Positions 1 to 13,027 of a stretch of 64,000 nt of DNA are shown one piece after another (position 1 is the stretch's first letter; each line of letters opens with the position of its first letter). The stretch lies in NCBI GenBank assembly GCA_001949185.1, contig BDGG01000004.1:1203620-1267619 (forward strand), written 5' to 3'. The DNA is from Ramazzottius varieornatus. Taxonomy: Eukaryota; Animalia; Tardigrada. The notes below the pieces were generated by a model. That model searched no databases, was not told where the DNA came from, and was given only the letters and a program-made list of their open reading frames with translations. The position numbers were made by a program, and so were the translations under genes.

Positions 1-3000
1 ATCTGAACGAAGTGTTCACTGAGATGACAGCTCGAGGTACTTTACAAGATCGATTGCGCAACTCTTTTGTTATCATTTGAAACTACGTACATACACCGAA
101 TTCGTCAATTTTGGCAGATCCGACAACACCTGACAGAGGAGAACACAGTGAGAAGCTGAACCTGCTAGAGGAAAAGCACAAACTCCTGTCTGACTTCATG
201 CGCCATAAATGGAAGAGTAATCGAACATGTCTGGTATGTAAGGATAGAAACTGGAAACTAAAAGATTACTACGGCAGTAAGATTACTTACACCATTGCCG
301 AACCCACCAAGTCGAACAAGAAGTCGGGGAAGAAGCCTGCGAAGAAGTCCACAGCGTCTGGCAGCAAACCAGTTACCCGGGCATCAGGAAAGAAACCTGC
401 TGTCGCCAGTCCCGCAACAGGTGGAGTGACGAACGCGGAACCGGAAGTGGCAGTTGACTCAGCGAAACCACCGAACAGGTACGTCGAAGCTCAGCAGCGT
501 GTTTGGCAAATAGATCAACAGACGCTCGTTTTGGTTTTTGCAGCAACGCGGACGGCGATAATGACGAGGAAGCGGAAAAAGCGAAGGCGGAAGATGAAGC
601 TCCGGAAGACTCCTCTGCAGTGGTATGTACTGTGTATAATGCCGATAGAAAATACAGGTTGTATTGCATTCTGGTCAAGACTCATCGAATCAAGAGCGAA
701 CCAGTTGCTAGTATCGGTTTCTGCAGAAACCGTTGTCTTCGATCGAAGCTAGAGAATATCTTCGGGAAGTTTGGGACAAGAACTCAGCTTTACTACGGCG
801 GCTCTTCCCGATGTTCGACATGAAAGAAGCTCAGTATCCCACCGATGTACTGTTTATGGAACTGATGTTCATCTCACCTTCCAGATTTCGCCCGGTAAAA
901 CTTCGGGCAAAAGTCCGCCAGTTTCTTTTTGTTATTTCAATTGCAAAGTAATCTTTTCTCTTTCTCTTCCAGCAACGTTTCGTCAATGAGGAAAAATATT
1001 CGCATGTTCAGACCAAGAACATCGAGCGTATTGTTACCATGTGCCAGAATATCAAAATTCTGAAGAAGATCATTAGAGAAGGCGCGGATGCCAGCCGTAT
1101 TTCTGGAATTGTAAATTTTCTTGAGTTGCCTTTATGTTTCAGTCTAAGGGTAATTTTTATTGATCATGGTTTTTCGTTGTAGTTATTACTAGAGAAGATT
1201 CCCGGCAAAACACTGGAAGCGAAGCTCCAGGAAGCTTCGACGCAGTTGCAGACCTTCGTTAATTCTATCTTCGATGGTGAAACTGACCGCTATAACCCTG
1301 AATACAAGAACGGTGTCAAACAGGTAATTCTCAGTAACTCTTGTGAAAGCAGTTCTGCCAATACTGTAAGCGCTGATTCACTCCTTCTTTTTTCTCGTTA
1401 CAGATCATGGAGAAGAAAGAAGGACTGTTTCGAATGCATATGATGGGCAAACGTGTCAATTATTCGGCTCGTTCCGTAATCTCTCCAGACCCGTACATCA
1501 ACTTGAACGAGATTGGTGTACCGATGGTTTTCGCCACCAAGCTAACCTACCCCGTCTTCGTCACGCCGAACAACCTGCTGACCATGCAAAAGATGGTCAT
1601 GAACGGTCCCGACATCTACCCAGGGTACCCACTACGTAATTTTGGTTCTCCTCGAATTTTTCGTCAGATGGTAGAAATTGTTACGCGAATGGTACAGAAG
1701 TGATACTCAGTGATCATGTTACAGAGCGGTGATGGTTGAGAACGAAGACGGAACGATGATCAGGTTGACCAGTAACGAGAAACAGCGAGCTACGGTAGCA
1801 AAGTCCTTGGCTATTGACGGATCCCAGCGCGGTGGTTTGGCTTCCGGTGGAGGCAAGAAGGTCTACCGGCACTTGCTCAACGGCGATATCATGTTGCTGA
1901 ATCGCCAGCCGACATTGCATAAAACCAGTATTATGGCTCATAAGGTTTTGATTTTCTTACTTTTGTTGTTTTCTGTCGAAGAGGACAAAGGACAGGTTAA
2001 TTCTCACATAGGCTCGCATCCTGCCTTCGGAGAAGACACTACGGTTGCACTACGCCAACTGCAAGTCTTACAATGCTGACTTTGACGGTGATGAAATGAA
2101 TGCTCATTTGCCGCAAGATGAAGTGGCCAGGTCAGAAGCGTACAATATCGGTAAGTTGTGGATAGAACTTATAAAAGGCTGAACGGGACAGTTGGAAACG
2201 TGTTTCTCGTGCGCAGTAAATGCCAGTTACCAGTATCTGGTGCCAAAAGACGGTACACCGCTCAGTGGGCTGATTCAGGATCATATTGTCGCCGGGGTTC
2301 ATCTAACCATACGAGGAAGGTTTTTCGAGAAGAAAGACTACGAACAGCTGGTTTACTCCGCTCTGGGAGACATCCACTTGGACCATCCGATCCGCTTCTT
2401 GGCTGCATCGATCCTTAAACCAGCCCGAATGTGGTCTGGGAAGCAGGTATGTGCGCAATATTTGACAGAACTTTTACTCTTATGGCGAACCGCAGTAAGT
2501 TAGGCTATGTTGATTTCTAGATCGTCTCCACGATTGTGATCAACTTGATACCAGAAGGCTTCACCCCGTTCAGCTTGCGCACTGGCAGTAAGGTTCCGTT
2601 GAAGGTAAAGCTCAACTAGTGCAAAGGATGCGAAGGGTGTGAACCTGCGAATCATATCTAGTGATTTTTAGAGTTGGAGTAACCATCGTCATCGAAAATC
2701 GGACAGGCGGTCGCGTTATGTGAGAGTGTCACCGAATGATGAGAAGGACATGACAGAGAGTGATGTCATCTTCCGGAGAGGGGAACTTCTGTGCGGGGTC
2801 CTGGACAAGGCTCAGTATGGTCCATCATCTTACGGACTCGTACACGCTTGTTACGAGGTGGAGTTTAACGACACCGACATGAGTAAATCTTTACGTTTGT
2901 TGAAGGAATGTAATAAGTTGAGCTTTTTCGCAGTTGTATGGAGGAGATATTTCCGCCCTTTTGCTCAGCGCACTGGCGCGCCTCTTCACATACTTTTTAC

Positions 3001-6000
3001 AGCTGAATGGGTTCACGTTGGGTGTCGAAGATGTCTTGGTTCTTCCCAAGGTTAGTGGAACTCTCTCGATTTTCTCCGAATTGTGGTGATAGTTTTTCGA
3101 GAGTGTGATAAGCCAGCCATTTCTCCTAGGCTGATGCCACAAGGAGGAAGATCATCGCTTCCGTGGAAGACTGCGGAGCCGACGTGGCGGTCAGTGCTTT
3201 CAACTTGGATGGCGACACGGTAACAACGGAAATGATTAAAGACCGCATCGAGAAGGCACATCGCGCCGCTGACCAGACGGACATGAAAGTACTGGATGGA
3301 ATGACCAAACAGAAAGTGGACGAATTCAACAGCGAAATAACGAGGTGGGCTTTCACTACCATCTTGCTAAGACCAATGACTGTCATTCTGTCTTTCATCG
3401 AGTAGGGTTTGCATGCCGAATGGTCTCGTCAAAGGATTCCCGGAAAACCATCTGCAAACCATGGTTCTGTCCGGAGCGAAAGGAGCCACAGTAAGACTTT
3501 TCTTGAACTTCTCACACTGTAGTGGACCCAAAATGTTGAGTCTTCTTTCACTATACCGAAGTGCAAAGAAGAATAAACTTTTGGAAAAGTATACTTTCTG
3601 GGGGGTATTTTTTATTTCTCATTTTTTTGAGGAAGCAGTCTCAACGTCTGGAAAAACATTGTTATTGTTCCAGGTCAACTGTATACAGATGTCCTGTCTG
3701 CTAGGACAGATTGAGCTGGAAGGTGCGCGACCTCCTCTCATGTTGAGTGGCCGAACCTTACCATCCTTCGTGGCATACGAAGCTACGCCGCGGTCTGGTG
3801 GTTTCGTTGTCCAGCGGTTCGCCACTGGCCTGCGACCACAGGAATATTTCTTCCATTGCATGGCCGGAAGAGAGGTGAGAAGTACTCTGTTGTTCGTTTC
3901 GACATAATGATCAACAGCGTGGTTGCTGACAGGGTCTGATCGATACAGCCGTCAAGACCAGTCGTAGCGGATACTTGCAACGTTGCATCATGAAACATCT
4001 GGAAGGTGTCATGGTGAATTACGACCTGACGGTCCGTGATAGTGATGCTGCCATTGTTCAAGTAAGCACTCATTTCATACTCTCAATTGAAATTACTTTC
4101 GAACAAGGAAATTTGGAGATGGAAATCCGTTTTTCTAGTTCTTGTACGGTGAGGACGGGTTGGACATTGGTCGCCTTCCATTCTACTCGGAAAAGCAGCT
4201 GCCTTTCTTGATGGTTAACACGAACGAAGCCATGGAAAAGGAGATGGCCCTCCTGAAGGATGCCATTGGCGATAACGCGGCTTTCGGACACGACCAGAAG
4301 GTAAATAAACGTCTGCATATACTTCATCGAACCTCAAAAAAGCGTCTTGTTGTTCTGAAGGTGTCTTTGTGGAAGAAGAAGATGACGAAAGAAGCCTCCA
4401 AGAAAGAAAGGGGTTTGGGAAACACCTTGCAAGAGTTCGGTCGAAAGAACAAGTCTACAGTCAGTGACGATAAGGATTTCAGCCCTCGAGTTGATGACGG
4501 GTAAGGATGGTTGAAAGTCTTTTCCTTGGCTGGAACCCAAATTGTCGGGCTTTTTTGTAAATTTTATGATACAACTGAAGAATAAATTTTTGGAAAATAG
4601 TTTTCTTGGGCGTATTCTATACTGCAATTTTCCCCGTTGTGACAATCGGTTGGTGTCCGGAATTACAGCGTGGAAATCGTATTGAAGTTTACTCTAAGAA
4701 GTTTTCGTAATGACCATCCCTCGTATTCAAGCTGTTTTTTGTGCCGATTTTTAGGCCCCTTGCCAAGCGAAGTAAAATTGTTGATCCAACCATCGCGGTA
4801 TATCGTCCAGACCGGCATCTGGGAGCCCTGTCGGAAAAGATGGGCCAAGTGATGGAGAAGTACCTGGCTGATCCACCACTAGCCGCCATCAGACAGTCCT
4901 CCCTGTTCCATGCAGGCCGAAGTCCGCCAGAGATCGTCCGCGATCTGATCAGCTTCAAGTACGTCGAATCGTTGGCCCAGCCTGGTGAGGCAGTGGGCGC
5001 TCTGGCCGCCCAGTCCATCGGCGAACCTTCCACACAGATGACGCTCAACACCTTCCACTTCGCCGGGCGTGGTGAAATGAACGTGACGCTGGGTATTCCG
5101 CGTCTTCGTGAGATTCTAATGACGGCGAGTAAAACCATCAAGACACCGACCATGGAGGTGCCGGTGAAGCTTGGTCAGGAACAGGAAGCGGAGAACCTGA
5201 GAGTGAGACTCAACAGAGTCGTGCTGGGACAAGTCATTGAGTATTTGGACATCACGACAAACATGGAAGTCCAAGATGATGGGCAGTACGTTACTATACT
5301 CTTCTCTACGTTTCACAAGTTTCAACCACTAATTCCTATGCTTTTCTACAGGCCGGTTTCCGTGCTCGAGCTCTTCATCAAGCTACTTCCGGCCGCAGAG
5401 ATTGCTTCCATGACGTGCTTGACTAGTTCCGGTATTCTGCAAACGTTCGAGAAAGTCGTGGTCAGAAGGCTGCTGGAAACCGTGAAAGTCAAAGTTTCCC
5501 TAAAGCAGCTGGTGAAGTAAGTACCGGCAAAGGTCAGCGATTCCGACAACAAGTCGGGCTCGTTTATCATGCACCTATATACATGTTCCTGTACGGGTGA
5601 TCGTATATGTGTATGCAGGTTCATGAAATATGGGCATATCTTATTCTCGACTGATTCTTGGTCGCCTTTTGTAAAAGTGAACTAGTTAACGAGATTGATT
5701 CTCCTCTGTAGAAGTGGGAAAGACGACATGGTGGATCCCGATGTCGAAGCTATCGAAGATAATGGTCAACGTGGTCGTGACGACGATGAGGACGGGGCGG
5801 ATGGCGGTGGCACGATGAATCGCCGAGGTGGAGGCAAGTCTGGACAAGGCCAGGAGGCGGTCGATGACGATAACGAGTCGGTGAATTCGGACGACGAAGC
5901 CGGCGACCCAGATGCAGCGAAGGCGCAACTAGCAGCCGATGGTGGCCAGTATATGGGTGACAAGGAAGACAGCCGTCTGCTGGAAGAGTGGGACCACGAA

Positions 6001-7236
6001 CCGGAAGAAGGCGATGAGATGCCAGACGAGGACAAAGGTAAGAGTTTTCAGTGTCTTATAAAGTCCCTGAATCAGATCCACTTTGTATCATTTTGTTGGT
6101 AAAAGGCTGAAGTGAGTTTTTGTGCGTTCCAGAAAATTCTGTCATGAGTGAAAAAGGCCAGGAAGACGGCTTGACTGTAGACCCGAACAAGACCAAAACA
6201 AAGCCGAGGAAGTCCGTTAAGATGAATGAGATGCGCAGAGAGGTAATATGTTTTTCTAACTTCAGAATATTCCGGCCAAAATTGAAATGATGAGTGTAAA
6301 ATAATTTTTTGAATTGTGATTTTCTTCTGGGAAGTATGTGACGAACGTGGATCCGTGGATACGGGACTACAGCTACGACGCTGTTCACGACAACTGGTGT
6401 CGCTTGACTCTGGCCATCCCCCTTGCCAGTGCTGTCATCGATGCACAAAGCATGATCGAAGCTGAGCTACGCAAGAGCGTCTTCCACGCAGCACCCAGCA
6501 TTCGACAAGGTTTCCTGAACCGCGAGAAGGATCGTTTGATATTACGGACGGAAGGTGTCAACTTCGAACACCTGCTGCGCTACCACCACATCCTGGAAGT
6601 CAAACAGCTCTTCTCCAATGACATTCAAGCTGTCGCCCAGCGGTTTGGCATCGAAGCGGCCCAGAAAACCATCATCCGGGTACGTGTTGAGCTGATACGA
6701 ACGATGAACAAAACTGAGAGGCGGAAATGAATGGACTCAAATCGTTATCTCGAGTGACGCACGTTTTCATTGTTATTGACCGGGAGTGGGCGCCAGTCGG
6801 AAAACGATCTGGTTTGGATCCTTGCCCGCGTCTTAGTTTTACATAATATTATATGAATGTTGTTTTCTTATTCCTCAGGAGTGTAATAGCGTCTTCGGGG
6901 CCTACGGTATCGATGTAAACTACCGCCATCTGTCGCTGATTGCCGACTACATGACGGCAACCGGCTCGGTCAGGGCGTTTAACCGAATGGCCATGAACAA
7001 TAACAGCTCGCCGTTCCAAAAGATGAGTTTCGAGACATCGATGAACTTCTACAAGGATGCCGTCCTGAGCGGTAAGTGTCAGTCTTCTGACGGTTGACGG
7101 GTTGTGGTAGACTGAGCCGATGAATTTCATAGGTGCGAGTGATACGATAAAAAGTCCTTCGGCTCGTCTCGTGGTGGGAGAGCGTATCGGTGTCGGGACT
7201 GGCTTGTTTTCTCTACGCCAGAAAGCTACCTTCTAA
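1..7236 (+). CDS. POLR1A: RNA polymerase I largest subunit (multi-exon, 5' end outside window)
   Basis: Joined exons give [27 protein letters not shown], catalytic [11 protein letters not shown] (about 2070-2102), [40 protein letters not shown], an acidic Pol I-type insert and the C-terminus [13 protein letters not shown] (TAA 7234-7236). Confidence 0.96.
5567..5626. repeat. Palindromic intronic repeat family B, copy 1 (POLR1A intron)
   Basis: TCATGCACCTATATAC...GTATGCAGGTTCATGA. Confidence 0.65.
6722..6832. repeat. Palindromic intronic repeat family A, copy 1 (POLR1A intron)
   Basis: ATCGTTATCTCGAGTGACGCAC...GGGCGCCAGTCGGAAAACGATC. Confidence 0.7.
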
Positions 7237-7902
7237 TTCTGGTACTCGTGTGCCTTCTTTGTAGAATCCAACTTCCCTGTGATCATAAAAGTTTAATCTA
7301 ATTAATTGTGAAATTCTCTGGTGGAGACCTCGCGCTGTTTCTGCACTCTTGCTGTTGCTCCGTTGGATCACTTGGTCCTGATGTTGTTACAGAGAAATTT
7401 CCAAGGACTATCGATTTATCGATTTGAGACCGTACCTGTGAGAGGCTAGCGTCAGTGAAATTAACTTTGATTATTTTTCCGTACGTTGGATAAACAGTTG
7501 CTCCACTCCTTGCTGCGTATGTTTGCCAGGAGCTCAGCAGGGGAAGAAAGGGTCCTTCGGTACACAGTGTACATTCCGTTCGGTTGCGGGCCTTGATCGT
7601 ACTTTAATCGACCGCGCGAGTCAGGAAGGCCATACTGTAGACATTTGAATCTCTCTATGAGGGATGTAAGGCCTTTACCTGCGACATCCAGGAGCGAAAT
7701 GCGAAGTGGTTTTTGATGTACATAGTTTTGAAAATTCTGTAATCGGGATTCGGAAACTGACAGTTCTATTGTGCATCGTTTATTTACAACAGCCACCACT
7801 GTGGTTTCAGGGAACAGTTCGATCGTCTAGATTTGAGGTAGAGAAAGAACCGCAATTACGATGGCGGGGCAGCCATCGAAAGTGCTGCTTCGTCGTCATT
7901 TG

Positions 7903-10256
7903 ATGAACGGCGACATGGAGGAACATCGTTTGCCAACCAGGATCATGGCTGAAAAATCTTCCATGGGTCGTCCTGGCTCAGCGGTCCCAAACGGACAAGC
8001 GTCAACCAAGCCCGCCGAACCAGCGCTAGACCTTAGAAATCCCATGCGTCTGGGGTGTATCAAGTAAGTTGGTAATTATTCATACAGACAATATTTAAAA
8101 TTAATAACGACTGTGTTAATGGAAAGTCGAATAATATGTTTAAACTGAAATGAAATTATCGAAATTTATCTTTGCGTATATTCGTTCATCACAGATTCAA
8201 AGCCAGTTGGGTGGTGGATCCCGAAAGTATCGGCTACTACCGTTGGCTCTTCATCATCTTCTGGGCCATCCTCTACAATGTGCTGATGATACCGGCCCGA
8301 ACAGTCTTCCGGGAGTTGAGCGAGCCAGACTACATGACAGCCTTCATAGTGTGCGACTACGTGGCCGACTTCATCTACTTCCTGGACATTTTTGTCGAAA
8401 TGTACTGCGGATATTTGGGCGAAGAACGGGTCTTGGTCCGCGAACCCCGCAAGCTTATGAAACATTGGTGGCACACCAAGAAAGGCAAGCTGGACGTCTT
8501 CGCCCTGATACCGACGGATTTCGCCTTTCTAGCTACCGGGTTCGCTGTTCCCTATCCTTTCATCCGTATCAATCGCATTCTTAAGTACGGGCGCATCACC
8601 CAGTTTGCCCGGCGCACTGAAGGCAAAGTCCGCGCTGCCGACATTTTTCGACTTTGCGTGCTGGTTAGTTTTGGTTTATAATTTTGGATTTTCATTTGAG
8701 ACGTGGACAAACGGTTTCATCCAGATCGCTGTTTCAAGTGGCGCGCGTTTTCGTTTTTATAAGCTAAGTATGCGCCACTTGGCAAAATGATCCCGTTCCA
8801 TTCACCTGTTAGCCGAAAATTCCATTGAATTTCTTTTCTTCCAGTTACTGCAGTGGATCATACTGATGCATTTTTTCGCATGCCTCTACTACTTCATTAG
8901 CGAGGAAGTCGGGTTGAATTCGGATGGCTGGGTGTATCCGGGTGAAGCGTCTTGGCGGAAGGCAAACCCAGGAGAGACGAACGATGATGATTCGTTGTTC
9001 AGGAAGTACACCTGGTCTTTCTTCTTCTCCATGCATACGCTAACTATGATCGGCATCACAAAGCAGCCCGAAAACGAATGGCAGTTTCTCTTCATGACAG
9101 CGAACCTGGTCGCTTCTGTCATGTTGTTCTCACAGATTCTCGGCAACGTGTCTCGTAAGCTATACTCAGTACACACCACTTACTTCCGGGTCGCCGCTCA
9201 TTCTATAACGTTTTGTGTTGTGTCTCGTAGGTACAATCATCAACTTGAACATCCACGAAAATGAGTTCCGGGCAAAGATGGACGGAGTCAAGCGTTATAT
9301 GGCCATGCGCAACGTACGTAGAGATTCCTTAAAGAAAGTGATCTTTGGTTGAGGGAAATTGTATGGAATACTGTATTTGTAGATTGGCGCAGAACTGCAG
9401 CAGCGTATCATCAACTACTACGAGTACCAGTGGACTAACGGGCAAACCATCGATGAGCGAGAAGCTGTGGCGTGTTTGCCCGATAAGCTGCAGGCCGAGA
9501 TCGCCATGAAGGTCCACTTGGAGACTCTTAAGCATGTCCGAATTTTTCAAGGTGTTGAAGCCGGCTTATTGGCTGACTTGGTACTTAAACTGAAGCTTCA
9601 GGTGCGTATCAGGAAGGACTTTTTCCCCACTTAGAGTAAACTGGGAAGGCCATACTTTGCAGGTCTTTAGCCCGGGGGACTATATCTGCCGGAAGGGCGA
9701 CATCGGCAAAGAACTGTACATAGTCAAGCGCGGCTGCTTGGAGGTGGTCTCCGATGCCGGCGACTTTGTTTTCGCTACCATCGGCGAAGGTTCGGTCTTC
9801 GGCGAGATCAGCATCCTGAACATTGTCGGTATCAAGTCGGGCAACCGACGAACAGCCAACGTCCGGTCCATCGGTTACAGCGACCTCTTCTGCTTGTCGA
9901 AAGAAGATCTGTGGGATGCTTTGCGCGAGTACCCGGAAGGCAAGAACAAGATGCTCGAACTGGGAAAACAACTCTTGATCAAAGATAATTTACTGGACAC
10001 CGAGGCTGCCGATCGGGAAGCTCAGCGCCACACACAGTTTCTGGACAAGCTGGAACATGTGGAGAGCGGGGTGGACGAACTGCAGACGCGCTTGGCTCGT
10101 CTCATCGCTGAGCGGGCGAGTTCCAACCTCAAGCTACAACGTCGGCTGGACCAGCTGGATAAGCTGGAACAGCTTCATCGGCAGCAGTTAGCAGAGCTCC
10201 AGAAAAGTAGAAACGAGCCTGAAAAATCTTCTGAACCATCGGCTCGAACAGCATGA
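7903..10256 (+). CDS. Cyclic nucleotide-gated channel, alpha-type subunit
   Basis: S1-S6 segments, S4 RINRILK, C-linker, cNMP-binding domain (FGEISIL...GNRRTANVRS) and a C-terminal leucine zipper typical of CNGA subunits. Start ATG inferred. Confidence 0.92.
8700..8810. repeat. Family A copy 2 (CNG intron)
   Basis: GATCGCTGTTTCAAGTGGCGCG...TGCGCCACTTGGCAAAATGATC. Confidence 0.8.
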
Positions 10257-10540
10257 GGCCACAATTACCATACACCGCAAGCGTGGTCGTCTGTCACTGC
10301 GAACCGCGAAACCGTAGCTGCTGGTCCTTCATTCTCGGTCGCGTTGTTTGATTCGAATTGTGCACATGGCTTGCAAGACGTTCTTTACGTGTTTTGATAG
10401 TTGGAGCTTTATATCAAGGCGAAGCTTTACTGGAAAATCAACTCACGAAACTCTGGAATGTTTAGTTTCAATTTTCATCAAGGTCGCTGCTCTTGCTGCT
10501 GATTTTGCGTTTCCCCATATTGATCCCTTTTGCACAAGCG

Positions 10541-10576
10541 ACGCACGGTCACGCACGGTCACGCGCGGCACGCACG
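10541..10576. repeat. 10-bp tandem repeat, about 3.5 copies
   Basis: ACGCACGGTC ACGCACGGTC ACGCGCGGC ACGCACG. Confidence 0.8.
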
Positions 10577-11097
10577 ATAATGAAGTCGTATTCTTTGGAT
10601 GTTTGGACAGTCTCGCTCTAGACGGTCCCTCCTTATCGGCAGTACCACCTTTATCGGTGTTCTAGGGTGCAGGCGCCGCAGCAGAATCTTTCCTAAAACC
10701 GCTCATCGAAAGTCAAGGCAAAGCTAACGCCGCCTGTAACGGGGTTATCCGGCTGTGACGTCAGCGAGTGCTATCGAGTACGGTGGGACAAATCTTGATT
10801 TTTGAATTCATTCCGTAGCTTTAGCCGAGCTTTTCGTCCTTTGTCAGCGTTTCTTAAATCGCCATTTCCCAGTTCATACTAGGAGCAGCCTTCCTTCGAC
10901 CTCAATCTTCGAGTACGGGCTTCACAATGCAGACCGCGGACGACACGAACTAGCCAACTTGCTTCGCCTGTACGTGCACAGTCAACCAAAGACGTTCTAT
11001 CTGCACTTCCGGTCGTCTCTGGACAATCGTCAACCTGCCAAGATCAGCGTCTTCGGTACGTTCCATGTGCCATACCTGAGCATCTAATTCTACGAAG

Positions 11098-12468
11098 ATG
11101 ACCAACCATCCAAGGAGCTGCCACGTTGTATCTAGTGCTCTTTCGTCGATCGCTAGCCGAGCTATTTGCGCTTTCGTTGCCTTTCTGTGCCTTTCAGTCC
11201 ATATATCTTCCAGGTAGGTTGTGCTGTCCTCTGAATCGAACATATAGACTGCGATCATCATCACACATATTTATGCTTTTAGTGCGCCTCCAACACCGAT
11301 CCCACTTGAACCGAGGTCGAAACTGCCTGCCGATGCCACGACCAACAACTCGCTCACATCTCCCAGTACGATAAACGCTGAAAGTCTTCTCTTTGGCCTG
11401 CCTGCGTCGGTTGCTTCTGGTCCCGTTCCCGTTCCCGGTGTCAGCGAAGATGCCATGAGTGCAGCAAAGAATAGTCCCCAGCCCGTACCAGTAGACTCTG
11501 GAACAATCCCAGTTGAGAATAAGAGAATAGACGGCACGGCTTCGAAAGACGGCACGCCCTTAACGGCCAGCACGGCCTCGAATGGCACTCTGCTCCAGAT
11601 TATTAAGTCCACGATTGCAGGTTTAAATCTCATTCATCCAAACGAGACGACTTCGATCACGACACAAACCACAATCACCACGAGTAGTACAACTCAAACT
11701 ACACTAATATCGAACACAGCATCAACAACAACGATCACGACAGAAAAGAAGGAAGTCGACGCCGCAGAGGGGAAGCAGATGCCGGCACCTGACGTCAAGG
11801 CTGCGCCCGAGAGTAAAGCCAAGGCCTCCGAGACTGCAGCCAAGCTTCCGGTCAGTGACGACTTCGACGCAGAACTGAAGAATGAACCCAGAGACGAGGC
11901 TAATAAGGGTCGTGGTGGGGGAGCAGACGAAGAAGGGGAGGAAGAGAATATGGATACCGAAGACTCGCCTTTAGCCGGCGGCAGCATCCCTAATGAACGA
12001 GAGCGCGCGCAAAAACCGATAAAGCACGAGGAAAAATTCGTGGGTGGCTCCGCGAACGAAAGAAAGAAGCCTACTAACGAGGAAGAACATAATGTCTTGG
12101 GATACCTTGTCATGTTCCTCTTTGGATCGGTTGTTCTACTGCTCTTCTGGAGAAGAAGGCAAAGGGTAATGACAAAGTGATCTGAAATGTGGGCAAACGA
12201 ATGGAACCGGATCGCTGTTTCAAGTGGCGCACCTTTTCGTTGTTACTGGCCGGAAGTCTGAGCCACTTTGGAAAATAATCTGTTTTAGATTTGGTTCAGA
12301 TTCCTTACCCACGCTCCATATCTCGCTGGAGATCAAACTAATAGGAAAGTTATCTTCTCGTAGATTTTGGCATACATAGTGGAAGGACGCCGTACGAACG
12401 GCAGAAGAAGGACGAATGGAGCGTCAGCACAGTACCGGAAACTGAAAACTGGCGAGGACGATGAATAG
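11098..12468 (+). CDS. TGN38/TGOLN2- or KCT2-like type I membrane protein
   Basis: Signal-peptide exon from 11098, Thr-rich/acidic lumenal region, TM (VLGYLVMFLFGSVVLLLFW), last exon ILAYIVEGRR...QYRKLKTGEDDE* with a YxxL sorting motif like TGN38 YQRL. Confidence 0.7.
12188..12313. repeat. Family A copy 3 (TGN38-like intron)
   Basis: GATCGCTGTTTCAAGTGGCGCAC...GAGCCACTTTGGAAAATAATC. Confidence 0.8.
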
Positions 12469-13027
12469 GTGAGAAAGTGCCAGTCAAACATTCTGACCAA
12501 GTCAGTAACTGACATGCAGAATGAAACTCTCAGCAAAGCACAGAAAGAGAAGGATAAAGCAAGCTGTCAAAGATTTGACTCGGTTGTCTACAAAATATCT
12601 TTTTTTGGGAACGAATTCAGGATATTATTGATATGTAGGATGGTAATTCGAGCGGGTTTTCTTGTGATACGGGCTTTACTATCTTAGCTACTTTGATTTG
12701 TCTTTAATTTGATGCCTGGATCTTTCAGCTCAAATGTCCCACCGCGAGGCGGTTTACGTGGGTAGCATCAGAAGAACAGTCTGAGTCTTCCGCACCGATA
12801 GTCACGCGCTAACTATATTATGTTCTTTTTGTTATCCATTTATATTTACGGCTGTCGTTTTTTCAGTCATGTTATGTTGTTGGGTCGTCAGTTAACCTGA
12901 AAGTAAAGTATCATCCCGGGAAGGAATACCTTCAGTACTGGCTTTAAAAATTTTCGAAACGAATTTCGAAAGAAAGTAGAATGATGTTCTGGCACACGTT
13001 CAAAAATGATTGTGGCGCTTGTTTGGG

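Noticed and set aside
11271-12113. Long antisense ORFs over coding exons (here and elsewhere)
   Set aside because: These are shadow frames of real genes with no independent support.
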